NCBI GenBank assembly: GCA_019058365.1
Contig: JAHPZE010000016.1
Span: forward strand, 1 to 64,000
DNA from: Promethearchaeota archaeon
GTDB taxonomy: Archaea > Asgardarchaeota > Lokiarchaeia > Sigyniarchaeales > SOKP01
Reading direction: 5' to 3'
Length of the DNA stretch: 64,000 bases
The notes under the pieces are model-generated. The model was not told the DNA's origin. It was given only the letters and a program-made list of their open reading frames with translations, and did no database searches. Each line of letters starts with the position of its first letter. Positions within the stretch are counted from its first letter, which is position 1. Shown in pieces: positions 39,241 to 49,566 of the stretch. A program made the position numbers and the translations under genes.

Positions 39241-40974
39241 ATGACAGAATTAGAGATTCAAACTAATCAAAAGGATGACGTTGAGATTATCCGAACAACT
39301 ATCAGCATTTGTCCAGAATGTATGCACCATCTTCCGGCTGAAATTTACGTAGATCCGGAAACAAATTGGGTTATGATGCGAAAACATTGTAAGGATCACG
39401 GAGATTTCAAAGATAAACTATCCATTAATCCTGAAGAATATAAATGGCAACAGAACATTACGAATGAAATTGGTTCTACTGTAAATAATTCTACTCAACC
39501 TGAATATACTTCCTCCGGAATTAAAGAAGTAGATAAAGGATGTCCATATGATTGTGGTTTATGTACTAATCATAAAAGCGCTCCAAATATATGTTTAATA
39601 GATATCACAAATCGCTGTAATCTAGCTTGTCCTATTTGTTTTGCGAATGCAAGTGCTGCAGGTTATGTTGTTGAACCAACTTTCGAACAACTTGTACAAA
39701 TTATGGAACATTTTAGATCCATGCAACCTATTCCTGCGGTTTTACTCCAGCTATCTGGAGGAGAACCAACTGTAAGAGATGATCTACCAAAAATAATTCG
39801 TAAAGGACATGAATTGGGTTTTACAGAAGTCATGGTTACTACTAATGGTGTTCGATTTGGGAAATCACTGGAATTTATGAAAAAATGTATGGATGCTGGA
39901 ATGGATGCGCTCTATCTTCAATTTGATGCTACTGATAACCCTGAAGTATGGAAAAAGATCAGAGGAGTTAACTTATGGCCTCTTAAAAAGAAAGTCATTG
40001 AAAATGCTCGAAAGCTTGGCTTTTATGGCGTTATGTTAGTACCCGTAATCGCGAAAGGGGTAAATGATCATGAAATTGGAAAGATTTTGGATTTTGCAAA
40101 AGATAATTGTGATGTCGTATCAGGCCTTATTTTCCAACCAGTCTCGTTAACAGGACGTATTAGCTTCGAAGAATTAATGGATATTAGATATACCACTTCT
40201 GATCTAAAAGAAGCAATTAATAAATATACCAATGGATCAGTAAAAAAGTTTTACCCAATCGCATTCACAGCAAAGTTTACAAAATTGCTAGCTTGGTTTG
40301 ATGATATGCCACCTTTCAGTATGACAAGCCATAGCGACTGTGGATTTGCCACAATATGTGTTATTAATGATAAGGATGAGTGGGAACCCATTGAAAACTT
40401 TTTTAATGCTGAAGGATTGATTCGATGGGCTAATCAAGTTTGGGATATGGTAGAGAAACAAGAAGTCCCAAAACCTACTGGATTATTGAAAGGCATTAAC
40501 TTAAATGACTTTGGGCAGTTCGCTTCCAAAATTGGAAACTTTGTTGATGATATGACTAGTTTAGGTTATCGCCAAATTATGAAGGCGTATTTTTTTGCTG
40601 GAGCAGCAAGATATATCAAAAGTCCAGAAAAAATTCTTACTAGTAAAACATATCAAGCATTTGCTCGTTTAGTAATGGCTCCAAACTTAAAATCTGCGGG
40701 GAAATTCTTTAACGACCGCAACCTAATGGTGTCTAGCATGCATTTCCAAGACGCTTACAACTTCGACCTTGATAGAGTATGCAGATGTCTTGTCCATTAC
40801 GGAGTTATTGACCCGGATGACCCTTCAAAAGTTCGTGAGGTACCCTTCTGTGCAATGAATACTTTACATCGTCCAATTATAGAAAGACAGCTTGCGATTG
40901 CGGGACAAACAGCGAAGAAACCAGAAGTTATCCAAGCTGAAATTGAGAAACTATTAGAAACAATTGAGAAATAA
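39241..40974 (+). CDS. tes: Tetraether lipid synthase (GDGT-MAS/Tes, MJ0619-like radical SAM)
   Basis: N-terminal CPEC...C..HG, GCPYDCGLC..H, TNRCNLACPICFA, SGGEPT, MHFQDAYNFD..R..RC..HY, PFCAMN. Confidence 0.85.
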   Translation: MTELEIQTNQKDDVEIIRTTISICPECMHHLPAEIYVDPETNWVMMRKHCKDHGDFKDKLSINPEEYKWQQNITNEIGSTVNNSTQPEYTSSGIKEVDKGCPYDCGLCTNHKSAPNICLIDITNRCNLACPICFANASAAGYVVEPTFEQLVQIMEHFRSMQPIPAVLLQLSGGEPTVRDDLPKIIRKGHELGFTEVMVTTNGVRFGKSLEFMKKCMDAGMDALYLQFDATDNPEVWKKIRGVNLWPLKKKVIENARKLGFYGVMLVPVIAKGVNDHEIGKILDFAKDNCDVVSGLIFQPVSLTGRISFEELMDIRYTTSDLKEAINKYTNGSVKKFYPIAFTAKFTKLLAWFDDMPPFSMTSHSDCGFATICVINDKDEWEPIENFFNAEGLIRWANQVWDMVEKQEVPKPTGLLKGINLNDFGQFASKIGNFVDDMTSLGYRQIMKAYFFAGAARYIKSPEKILTSKTYQAFARLVMAPNLKSAGKFFNDRNLMVSSMHFQDAYNFDLDRVCRCLVHYGVIDPDDPSKVREVPFCAMNTLHRPIIERQLAIAGQTAKKPEVIQAEIEKLLETIEK

Positions 40975-41149
40975 TTTATTCTCTTAATTTTTTAATACTA
41001 TTTTTATTTAATTTATTTAGTTTTAAAATGTCTGAATTGCTAATTTATTTTTGAAAATTTTTATGATTCTTTCAATTTCTTTCCTTTATTGTTAATTTTA
41101 CATTTAAAAATTATACAAATCTATATAAAACAATACATCATATATTTAT

Positions 41150-41608
41150 GTGAATTTCCAGAATAAGGTGAATTTTTTGCCAAAATTAGAACGAAAAATC
41201 AAAATTGAATCTACTCCTGAAAATATTTATAAAGTTGTATCAGACGGTTTGAATACGCCGAAATGGAATCCTAGCGTAACGGCAGTAATACCTATTGAAG
41301 AAGGAAAATTCCAATTAGACACAGATTTGGGGGGGATTATAATAAATAAAACTCAAAATGATGAAAACAAGAGTACTATATGGTATACGGAGAAAAGTGA
41401 TATGAATTCAATTGGATATATTTTATCTCCTAAAGCTGATCAAACAGAAGTGACAATTTGGACCGAATTTGAGGACAAGAAACTCTCGAAATTATATAAA
41501 AAGACAGCAGATACAATTTTAGATGGTCTAAAAAAGTATGTTGATTATATTGAAAAAGGAGGAGATCCTAGTATATATAAAAAATGGGAAGTCTTAACAA
41601 CTCCCTAA
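41150..41608 (+). CDS. SRPBCC (polyketide cyclase/START-like) protein
   Basis: I.STPE.IY..V.D....PKWNP, L..LK.Y.E; likely start TTG 41177 after SD AGGTG. Confidence 0.75.
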   Translation: MNFQNKVNFLPKLERKIKIESTPENIYKVVSDGLNTPKWNPSVTAVIPIEEGKFQLDTDLGGIIINKTQNDENKSTIWYTEKSDMNSIGYILSPKADQTEVTIWTEFEDKKLSKLYKKTADTILDGLKKYVDYIEKGGDPSIYKKWEVLTTP

Positions 41609-41762
41609 ATTCAATTTTTTTTAAAATCTATGTACAGTAAAATCCTTATATAACCTATAATTGTTAAGAAAATATTTTGTGATTTTAAAAAATTTAGGAA
41701 AAGAAGAATATAATAAGTTTATGGATATTAACAAGTGTGTAAGATAGTATTTATTAATAAAA

Positions 41763-43187
41763 TTAGATAATTTTCCAGCGAGGACCATTTGGTGTATCTT
41801 CAAGTTGTATGCCTGCTTCTCTCAAATTATCTCTTATCTCATCACTAATTGCATAATTTTTTTCTTTTCTTGCTTTTTCACGAATACCTATAATTACATC
41901 CATTAGTTCATTTAACTTTATATCTACACTTTTTTCTTTCTTATAGAAATCAAGACCGAAAATATTGAGAAGTTCAAGAAGGGTATCACGTGCTGTGACA
42001 AGGATTTCTTTTTTATTCTCCAAGGAACTATTGATTTTTTTAATAAATTCATAGATAGCTGCAAGAGCTTTCGGATTGTTAAAATCATCATCCATTGACT
42101 CCTCAAAATCACTCCTTACAGTTTTAATAGCTTCTTCAAGAGTTTCCTCATCTCCTCCAGATGAATGCTCAATTGCGGTTAAACAATTTCTTATTTTTTC
42201 AATATTATTCTTCGCATTTTCAATAACTTTAGGATTCCAATCTACTGCAGACCGATAATGACCAGATACAAGTCCCATTCGCACAACGAGTCCTCCATAT
42301 TCATCAATTAATTCTCGAGCTGTGACATAATTTCCAAGACTTTTACTCATTTTTTTTCCATTTAATGTGATAAATTCAGCATGCATCCAATAGTTAACAA
42401 ATTTTTTTCCGGTTGCGGCTTCAGATTGAGCGATTTCATTAGGGTGATGAGTAGGGATATGATCAATTCCTCCACAGTGAATGTCTAGCGTTTCACCTAA
42501 GAATTTCATGCCCATAACTGAACATTCAAGGTGCCATCCAGGATAACCCTCACCCCATGGTGAATTCCATCTCATGCTATGGACTTGATCCCCTTTTTGT
42601 GCATTTAACCACAAAGCGAAATCAAAATAGTTCTTTTTTAAAGGATCCTGATCCACTCGTGCTTGTGCTTTCTCTTCATCAAGCTTTAATCTCGCAAGTT
42701 TTCCATAATCTTTAAATTTCGCAGTATTATAATACACATTTCCTTGTACTTCATAAGCATAACCTTTTTCTAACAAAATTTGAATTATTTCAATCATTTC
42801 AGGAATTATAGATGTTGCTCTAGGGGAAATATTTGGTCTTTGGATGTTTAAATCATCGATTACTTGCCAATATTCTTGAATTTGATTATCTACTAGCTCC
42901 CAAGGATTGATTTTTTGTTCTTTTGCTCTTTTCTCTATTTTATCTTCACCTTGATCTGCATCATCTGTCAAATGGCCAACATCAGTGAAATTTTGAACAT
43001 GAAAAACATCATAACCCTTGTATCGTAGGTATCTAATAACTACATCCCAAGAACTATAAGTTCTTGCATTGCCGATGTGTACATCATCATATACGGTCTG
43101 CCCACAAGTATAAATTCTAACTCGGCCTTCTTCTATAGGTTTAAAAATTTCCTTTTGCCGAGTCATAGTGTTATAGATTTTAAGCAT
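41763..43187 (-). CDS. cysS: Cysteine--tRNA ligase
   Basis: Y.CGQTVYD..HIGN, DFALW, GYPGWHLECS, HH.NE.AQ, KMSKSLGN. Confidence 0.97.
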   Translation of the reverse strand: MLKIYNTMTRQKEIFKPIEEGRVRIYTCGQTVYDDVHIGNARTYSSWDVVIRYLRYKGYDVFHVQNFTDVGHLTDDADQGEDKIEKRAKEQKINPWELVDNQIQEYWQVIDDLNIQRPNISPRATSIIPEMIEIIQILLEKGYAYEVQGNVYYNTAKFKDYGKLARLKLDEEKAQARVDQDPLKKNYFDFALWLNAQKGDQVHSMRWNSPWGEGYPGWHLECSVMGMKFLGETLDIHCGGIDHIPTHHPNEIAQSEAATGKKFVNYWMHAEFITLNGKKMSKSLGNYVTARELIDEYGGLVVRMGLVSGHYRSAVDWNPKVIENAKNNIEKIRNCLTAIEHSSGGDEETLEEAIKTVRSDFEESMDDDFNNPKALAAIYEFIKKINSSLENKKEILVTARDTLLELLNIFGLDFYKKEKSVDIKLNELMDVIIGIREKARKEKNYAISDEIRDNLREAGIQLEDTPNGPRWKII

Positions 43188-43264
43188 AAAATAATAAATA
43201 ATAGGAAAAAATAAGAATTTTACGGAAGAATCTAAGATTTTTCTTCTTCTTTTTTAATTTTGCC

Positions 43265-46129
43265 TCAATTTTTTACCTCTATAAATACCTCAACAACTTT
43301 ATTATCAATTTTTAATTTCTTTATATCTTCTTTACCTTCTAAATTTTGAATGATAATATCGGCTTGTATCATCTTTTTAATTTTTTCTTCATGTTTTTCA
43401 AGAGCTTCTGAAATATCTTTATCAATTATTTTTAAATACAAAATAATTCGATTTTTCGTTGAGAGATTCAATTGTTTTCTATAATTATTTAAATGCCTAA
43501 TCAAATTTCTAGCAATTCCTTCCAACCTTAACGTTGTTGTAATTTTGGTATCTAATTCTATTAAAATTTCAGACTCTTCTCCCTTTTCAATATTTACTTT
43601 TCTCACATTTATAGCTTCTGCTATAATATCTAAATATTTCTTTTCAAGATTTACTCCTTTTATTGTAACCTTATTTAGAACCTGTCTAACTGGAATTTTA
43701 GAATTATCTCTTAATTCTAAGGATCTTTTTACTATTTCTCTTGTTAGTTCCATATTTTTTAGAACTTCGCTTTTAATCAATGTCTCATCAAATTCTGGCC
43801 AAAACTCTAAATGGACGGATTCAAAATTTATACTCCCTTGTTCTATCAATTTCTTGTATATTATCTCTGAAATAAAAGGAGTTAGAGGAGCTAAGAGTTT
43901 TGACAAATTATACAGCGTATACGACAGTGTATTCATCGCTGATAGTTTTTCATTTATAATCTCACTTTTAAATCGATTTCTACTGTGTTTGATGTACCAC
44001 GTAGACAGATCCTCAATGAAATTGAAAAATAATCTACTTGTTTCTGCTGTGTCATAATCATTCATGAGTTGTGTAATATCCCGAATAAGTTTATTCAATA
44101 AACTGACAATCCATTGATCTAAAATATTATCTGAATGCGTTATATCCATAGTAATGTCATCAATATCAATCAATGAATAGAACTTTAGAATATTAATTAA
44201 CAATAAATTAAATCGTCGGTAAACCTGTTTTACAATTTCTTCTTTAAAATTTAAATCTTGTGCCCTCATCAATTGGGATGACAAAAGATATACTCTTAAA
44301 GCATCAGCTCCATACTTTTCAATCATTACCTCTGGATTAGGGAAATTTCTTTTGGATTTTGCCATCTTCGTTCCATCTTCAGCAAGTATATTGCCATTTA
44401 CAACTACATTTTTAAACGGAATATCATCAAATAATAAGACAGATATTACATGCATATAGTAAAACCACGCTCTAACCTGTCCAATATACTCAGAAACAAA
44501 ATCACTTGGATAGTTATGCTTAAACCATTCCGAATTTTCAAATGGATAATGTTTTGCAGCATATGGCATTGATCCTGATTCCAGCCAGCAATCAAAAACC
44601 TCTGGTACACGGGTCATTACTTTACTGCAACTGGGACATTTAAGATGGATCATATCAACTATATGTCTATGAAGATCTAAATCATCGGGGACCTCTTCAA
44701 TTGCATTTTCCTGCAATTCATTAATGGATCCAATGACTTTAATTTGTTTACATTCTTCACATTCCCAAATGGGCATAGCTGTAGCCCAAAATCTATTTCG
44801 TGAAATACACCAATCAGGAGCGGTATTCACTATACTTTCATATCTTCTAGAAATCTCTTTAGGATACCATTTGATCTTTTCATTAGTTTTTAGAAGCTTC
44901 TGTTTTATTTGCTGAATGTCTATAAACCAGGCATCAAGAGCATTATAAATTAATGGAGTATCACATCTATAACAGAATGGATAAGAATGTGAGTAGTCTT
45001 CTGAACTAAATAATAGATTTCGTTGTTGCAAATCCACTAATACTTGTTTATCTACATCTTTAAACCATAATCCAATCCAATTTCTTGGACCTTTGGCTAG
45101 ATTGCCATGCTCATCAATGTGTTGAATTATAGGTAAATCATATTTCTTAATCATTTCATAATCAAATTCTCCATAAATTGCTATGTGTATAATTCCTGTT
45201 CCCTCATTAGATAATACCTCATCACCACCATCAATAACAAAATGCCCTTTTTTGTTGGTATCAAGAGAAATTTGATATAAAGGCTTATATTCTATATTAA
45301 GTAGGTCTTTTCCTTTAAATTCATTAACAATTTCATAGTCTTTTTTGATTATATCCAGTTGGGTTTTTATCAATATTAAATATTCATCATCCAGCTTTAT
45401 CTTAACATAATCTTGCTCACTATTTACAGCTAAAGCTACATTTCCAATTAACGTCCAAGGCGTAGTAGTCCAAGCGAGAAAAAATGTCATTGATTCTTCA
45501 TTCAATTTGAATTTTACTGTTATTGATTGTTCACTAATGTCTTTATAGCTATTATCCATCGAAATCTCGGAATTCGAAAGTGGTGTTTCACAACGAGGAC
45601 AATAAAATAAAATTTTCTTACCTCTATACACTAAACCATCATTATATATTTTTTTAAAAATGTACCATATGGTTTCCATATAAGTATTATCCATGGTTTT
45701 ATAAGAATTATTGAACTCTATCCACTTACCCATTCGTTCAACGGTTTTTTTCCATTCATTTGTATACCAAAGCACTTTTGATCGACAGAATTCATTGAAA
45801 TTATCTATACCCATTTCGTATATTTCATTTTTTTGCTTCAAATTAAGGGCTTCTTCACATATACTCTCTATTGGCAAACCATGACAATCCCAGCCCCATC
45901 TTCTCTCACAATGATACCCTTTCATTGTCCAATATCTTGGAAATACATCCTTAGTTACAAAACTTAAAATATGACCATAATGTGGCAATCCCGTTGCAAA
46001 AGGAGGTCCATCATAAAATATATATGGATTTTCCTTTGGTGTTTGTTCGACACTTTTTTCAAAAATCTTATTATCTTTCCAAAATTGTATAAGTTCCTGT
46101 TCTTTTTCAATATATGAAATATTTAACAC
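43265..46129 (-). CDS. ileS: Isoleucine--tRNA ligase (IleRS2-like)
   Basis: YDGPPFATGLPHYGH, GWDCHGLP, AWTTTPWTL, DWCISRNR, KMAKS; start uncertain (GTG 46129 or ATT 46120). Confidence 0.95.
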   Translation of the reverse strand: MLNISYIEKEQELIQFWKDNKIFEKSVEQTPKENPYIFYDGPPFATGLPHYGHILSFVTKDVFPRYWTMKGYHCERRWGWDCHGLPIESICEEALNLKQKNEIYEMGIDNFNEFCRSKVLWYTNEWKKTVERMGKWIEFNNSYKTMDNTYMETIWYIFKKIYNDGLVYRGKKILFYCPRCETPLSNSEISMDNSYKDISEQSITVKFKLNEESMTFFLAWTTTPWTLIGNVALAVNSEQDYVKIKLDDEYLILIKTQLDIIKKDYEIVNEFKGKDLLNIEYKPLYQISLDTNKKGHFVIDGGDEVLSNEGTGIIHIAIYGEFDYEMIKKYDLPIIQHIDEHGNLAKGPRNWIGLWFKDVDKQVLVDLQQRNLLFSSEDYSHSYPFCYRCDTPLIYNALDAWFIDIQQIKQKLLKTNEKIKWYPKEISRRYESIVNTAPDWCISRNRFWATAMPIWECEECKQIKVIGSINELQENAIEEVPDDLDLHRHIVDMIHLKCPSCSKVMTRVPEVFDCWLESGSMPYAAKHYPFENSEWFKHNYPSDFVSEYIGQVRAWFYYMHVISVLLFDDIPFKNVVVNGNILAEDGTKMAKSKRNFPNPEVMIEKYGADALRVYLLSSQLMRAQDLNFKEEIVKQVYRRFNLLLINILKFYSLIDIDDITMDITHSDNILDQWIVSLLNKLIRDITQLMNDYDTAETSRLFFNFIEDLSTWYIKHSRNRFKSEIINEKLSAMNTLSYTLYNLSKLLAPLTPFISEIIYKKLIEQGSINFESVHLEFWPEFDETLIKSEVLKNMELTREIVKRSLELRDNSKIPVRQVLNKVTIKGVNLEKKYLDIIAEAINVRKVNIEKGEESEILIELDTKITTTLRLEGIARNLIRHLNNYRKQLNLSTKNRIILYLKIIDKDISEALEKHEEKIKKMIQADIIIQNLEGKEDIKKLKIDNKVVEVFIEVKN

Positions 46130-46293
46130 CTAACTTGAGATTTTTTTATTATCATTAAATATTCTAACTTAAATACATTCTAAATAAAAATTGTTTAACA
46201 TTAGGGAGATTATATCGCAATTCTAAGTTATTTTATTCATGAAGTAGGATGTGGAGTAAAGGTTACGAGAATTCACTTCACAAATAAATGAAG

Positions 46294-46368
46294 TTAGATA
46301 ATAATAATCGCGGATATGATCTTTATCATATTTTGTGCAAAACCTAAGAATTTAGTATTTTTATTCAT
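46294..46368 (-). CDS. Putative ileS leader peptide (24 aa, Ile-rich)
   Basis: MNKNTKFLGFAQNMIKIISAIIII*: 7 Ile among the last 10 sense codons, 165 nt upstream of ileS on the same strand, embedded in inverted repeats. Confidence 0.7.
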   Translation of the reverse strand: MNKNTKFLGFAQNMIKIISAIIII

Positions 46369-46449
46369 AACATCCACATCCACGTTATATTTTAAATATA
46401 GTAAAATGATCTAAAAAATATTTCGGTATTTTCTAGATTTATATCATCA

Positions 46450-48453
46450 TTAATCTAAAAATATATAATTATGAGCAATTTTCCTTTTGTCCCTTCCAGC
46501 AAGGATGTGAATATGTTTGATTGTTCTAAGTGAGTCCTTACTAAAATTATCAATTGGAATATAAACCAGTTCTCTATTTTTAATTCCAGCTAGTGAGTAG
46601 AAATATTTACGAGGTGGTTTATTTGCTACATAGGCTATGTACCTTTCTTTTGAATAAATAATTGCAGCCTTAAGTAAGCGGTCTGCTTTATTCTTAGTAT
46701 CTTTGTATTCATAATCCATATGTGGGTCAAAAATGGATCTTAGAAATAGTGCTGGAAAGATTGATAATAATCCTCCAACTTCTACATGCGTAATTCCTGG
46801 ACCAATAACATAATCTCCAGGATTTGTTGAATAGAAAGCCATATCACTCTCCCTCTCATGTTCTGCCCACCAAGTCAATTTGTACGGATATTTTTCTATT
46901 TCTCCATCATCCTTATCAAATATCACTATAATTGTATCAGTTTTACCTTGAATCTGTTGAATATTCTGCACATAAATCTTCTTTTTAAAAGCCCAATTCC
47001 TAATAGTTTCCTTAATTGCAATTCCATCCATTAAGCTAGATTTGAATTCTTCTATTTTGATTCTCTGATTTTTTAAATTTTTAATTGCTTTTTTTCTTAT
47101 AAAAGCAAAGTAGTCTTCTTCTAAAATATCTTCAGGAGGCCAAGAAACTGTATAATCTTTACCTTCTTCCCATTTTTCTCGCCATTCACCTGGATATTTT
47201 TCTTGAGATTTTTCCTTTAATGGTAGGTTTTTTTCTTTTCCATACCCATAAGGATGATATCTTCTTAATTTTATATACCGACCACTTGGATCATAACCAC
47301 CTTCTATATTCATCTTCAATGTTTCATAATTATCACTTTCATCATCATAGGGATATTTTGTTGCTTTTTCCATAACTTTCCAAGCATAATCATCATCAAT
47401 AATATTCTTTGAGGCAATTAACAATTGATACAAATTTGGTAATAATCTTTGTTCTGATAATGAGAGATTTCTTGAATATTGAAAAAGAGTTTTTAATTTA
47501 TGAAGATCTACAAATTCCTTGTATTCCTCTTCATACTCATATTTAGATTTTAATAAGATCTTCCTAATATGTTCAATCTTATTATAGGAATGCAGAATTT
47601 TATAAACTTCTTCGGGAGTTTCGATATTTTCTAATTTTTCTTTTGAGAACTTCTCTCGAAATTTTAACCATTTATATGTATGATAGGGTAATTCTCCTAA
47701 AAGAAACCTGGCGTCAGAACCATTTATATTGTAAATTTTCACATATTTATGAGGAATTAAATCCAATTCCACATCTCGAACTTTTTTTGGATTGTCTAAA
47801 TAATATTTCACGCTTTCCCAATGAGCCATACCAATAATAAGTAAAATCCTATGATATAATGGTGCCATCTTTAAAAGATGAGCTGCCATATATTTTTCTC
47901 TAAGAATATCTTTTTCAGTATAATCGTACTCTTTATCGAAATTTTCTTGATTTTTAAGAAAATCCTCTAAATTTGTCTTATCTTTAAGTTTATCTTTTTT
48001 ATCCTTGAACTCTTCCGTAAAATGTTTTGATATTTGCAGATAAAACTTCTGAAGACCAATTTGATTAATCGCGTAATCATCTGGAAACTTGAAACTTGGA
48101 GGCAAATACTCAGAGACAGACAGATCGATGAATTCGATTGGAATATTATGTTCGAGACCAATTCTTATACCTTCTATTATAGAATCTCCTGGATCTATTG
48201 GAATGAAGTTTAACTTTTTAGGATTTAATGTATCAGCATATCCAATTAAAGATAAAAAAGGTAATCTTTCAATAGCCTCCATTACTTCATCTTGCATATT
48301 ATTTGGCAATTCTACAGCAATTATATCCGGAAATACTTTAAATAACGCTGTACGTACCAATTTCGCAAACTCTATACGCGAATGAAAAGTGGGAATAACG
48401 TAAATATTTTTAAATTTAATAAATGGATTCTCATCCATGTGAATCTTTATCAT
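46450..48453 (-). CDS. Conserved hypothetical protein (N-terminal TraB/GumN-like motifs), partner of MoxR ATPase
   Basis: P.FH, PDIIAVELP, REKYMA, IIGMAHW; overlaps the upstream AAA gene. Confidence 0.65.
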   Translation of the reverse strand: MIKIHMDENPFIKFKNIYVIPTFHSRIEFAKLVRTALFKVFPDIIAVELPNNMQDEVMEAIERLPFLSLIGYADTLNPKKLNFIPIDPGDSIIEGIRIGLEHNIPIEFIDLSVSEYLPPSFKFPDDYAINQIGLQKFYLQISKHFTEEFKDKKDKLKDKTNLEDFLKNQENFDKEYDYTEKDILREKYMAAHLLKMAPLYHRILLIIGMAHWESVKYYLDNPKKVRDVELDLIPHKYVKIYNINGSDARFLLGELPYHTYKWLKFREKFSKEKLENIETPEEVYKILHSYNKIEHIRKILLKSKYEYEEEYKEFVDLHKLKTLFQYSRNLSLSEQRLLPNLYQLLIASKNIIDDDYAWKVMEKATKYPYDDESDNYETLKMNIEGGYDPSGRYIKLRRYHPYGYGKEKNLPLKEKSQEKYPGEWREKWEEGKDYTVSWPPEDILEEDYFAFIRKKAIKNLKNQRIKIEEFKSSLMDGIAIKETIRNWAFKKKIYVQNIQQIQGKTDTIIVIFDKDDGEIEKYPYKLTWWAEHERESDMAFYSTNPGDYVIGPGITHVEVGGLLSIFPALFLRSIFDPHMDYEYKDTKNKADRLLKAAIIYSKERYIAYVANKPPRKYFYSLAGIKNRELVYIPIDNFSKDSLRTIKHIHILAGRDKRKIAHNYIFLD

Positions 48454-49387
48454 TTTTTTTTACGAATTTATCATAATAATCATTAACTTCATCAAGGTCT
48501 CTAAATACTTTAAATGAGATTGATTCACTTTGTTTTTTCAAAAACTCTTCATAATTTCCTGGTAAGTACTTTAATGCAGCTTCTTCTAATATTTGAATTA
48601 TGGCATTTTCTAATGTACTCTTTTCAATTATATCTTGATTTTCTTTAATCAACAACCTTGATTTAATATAATATCTTAAGATATTAATCCCATCTCTAAC
48701 AGTATAATCGTCATGCTTGTGAGCGTTCTGAAGGAAATTTGCGCAATATTCTAATATTTCCTCTGAAGCAAAGGGCAAATTGTACTTTAAAATTTTTAGT
48801 TCATCTATTTTATTCGGGAATTCTATTAAAATACGAGGATTCAATCTTGACATTATATATTCTGGGATTTCATATGTACTAGAATCAGCGTTCATAGTTA
48901 TACATAACCGGAATTCCGGATGAGCATAAATTCTTACACCCGCAATAATACTTTCAACATATCGTCTTTTATCCATCAATGATGCTAATGACGCCCAACT
49001 TTTTTCACTCATCCTATTTCCCTCATCCAGTAAACATACCCCTCCTTTTACCATGGCAGACACTAAAGAACTAGCAATATAAACTATTTTATTATCTGAA
49101 GCAATAACAGGACTGATTAGTAGATCTTCGGGGCGGGTATCCATTGTACATTGAAACATATATACATCTTTTCCTAATCTTTTTCCAGCAGCATAAGCAA
49201 GTGTCGTTTTGCCTATACCCGGCTTTCCTAGAATTCGAGGATTGAGGGGTAAATCATCTTTATCGACAACCATCCATGCTGCTTTTAATTGGTTAATTAA
49301 ATCATCATTTCCAACCCATTGCATATCAACATGAGCTGGTTCAGATAAAAGTAATTCTATATCTGAAATTGTTACTTTCTCTGGCAC
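48431..49387 (-). CDS. MoxR-like AAA+ ATPase (AAA_5)
   Basis: GKPGIGKT, QCT.DTRPEDL, LLDEGNR, HPEFR...TMN, SRL. Confidence 0.9.
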   Translation of the reverse strand: MPEKVTISDIELLLSEPAHVDMQWVGNDDLINQLKAAWMVVDKDDLPLNPRILGKPGIGKTTLAYAAGKRLGKDVYMFQCTMDTRPEDLLISPVIASDNKIVYIASSLVSAMVKGGVCLLDEGNRMSEKSWASLASLMDKRRYVESIIAGVRIYAHPEFRLCITMNADSSTYEIPEYIMSRLNPRILIEFPNKIDELKILKYNLPFASEEILEYCANFLQNAHKHDDYTVRDGINILRYYIKSRLLIKENQDIIEKSTLENAIIQILEEAALKYLPGNYEEFLKKQSESISFKVFRDLDEVNDYYDKFVKKNDKDSHG

Positions 49388-49566
49388 AATAATTCACATT
49401 CCTATATACTAATAATGGTTATAAAAGTTCACTATAATTAATTTTTCGAATTAAAATTGATATAATAATTCGTTGCAAAAACATAAAAATCTCTTCTTTG
49501 GCTCAAATATAAAAGAAATGAATCTATCTTAACTATAACATATTAGAAAGGATTTATCGAGTAACG

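Noticed and set aside
46130-46449. T-box riboswitch upstream of ileS
   Set aside because: No GGUGGNACC T-box consensus; an Ile-rich uORF explains the region better.
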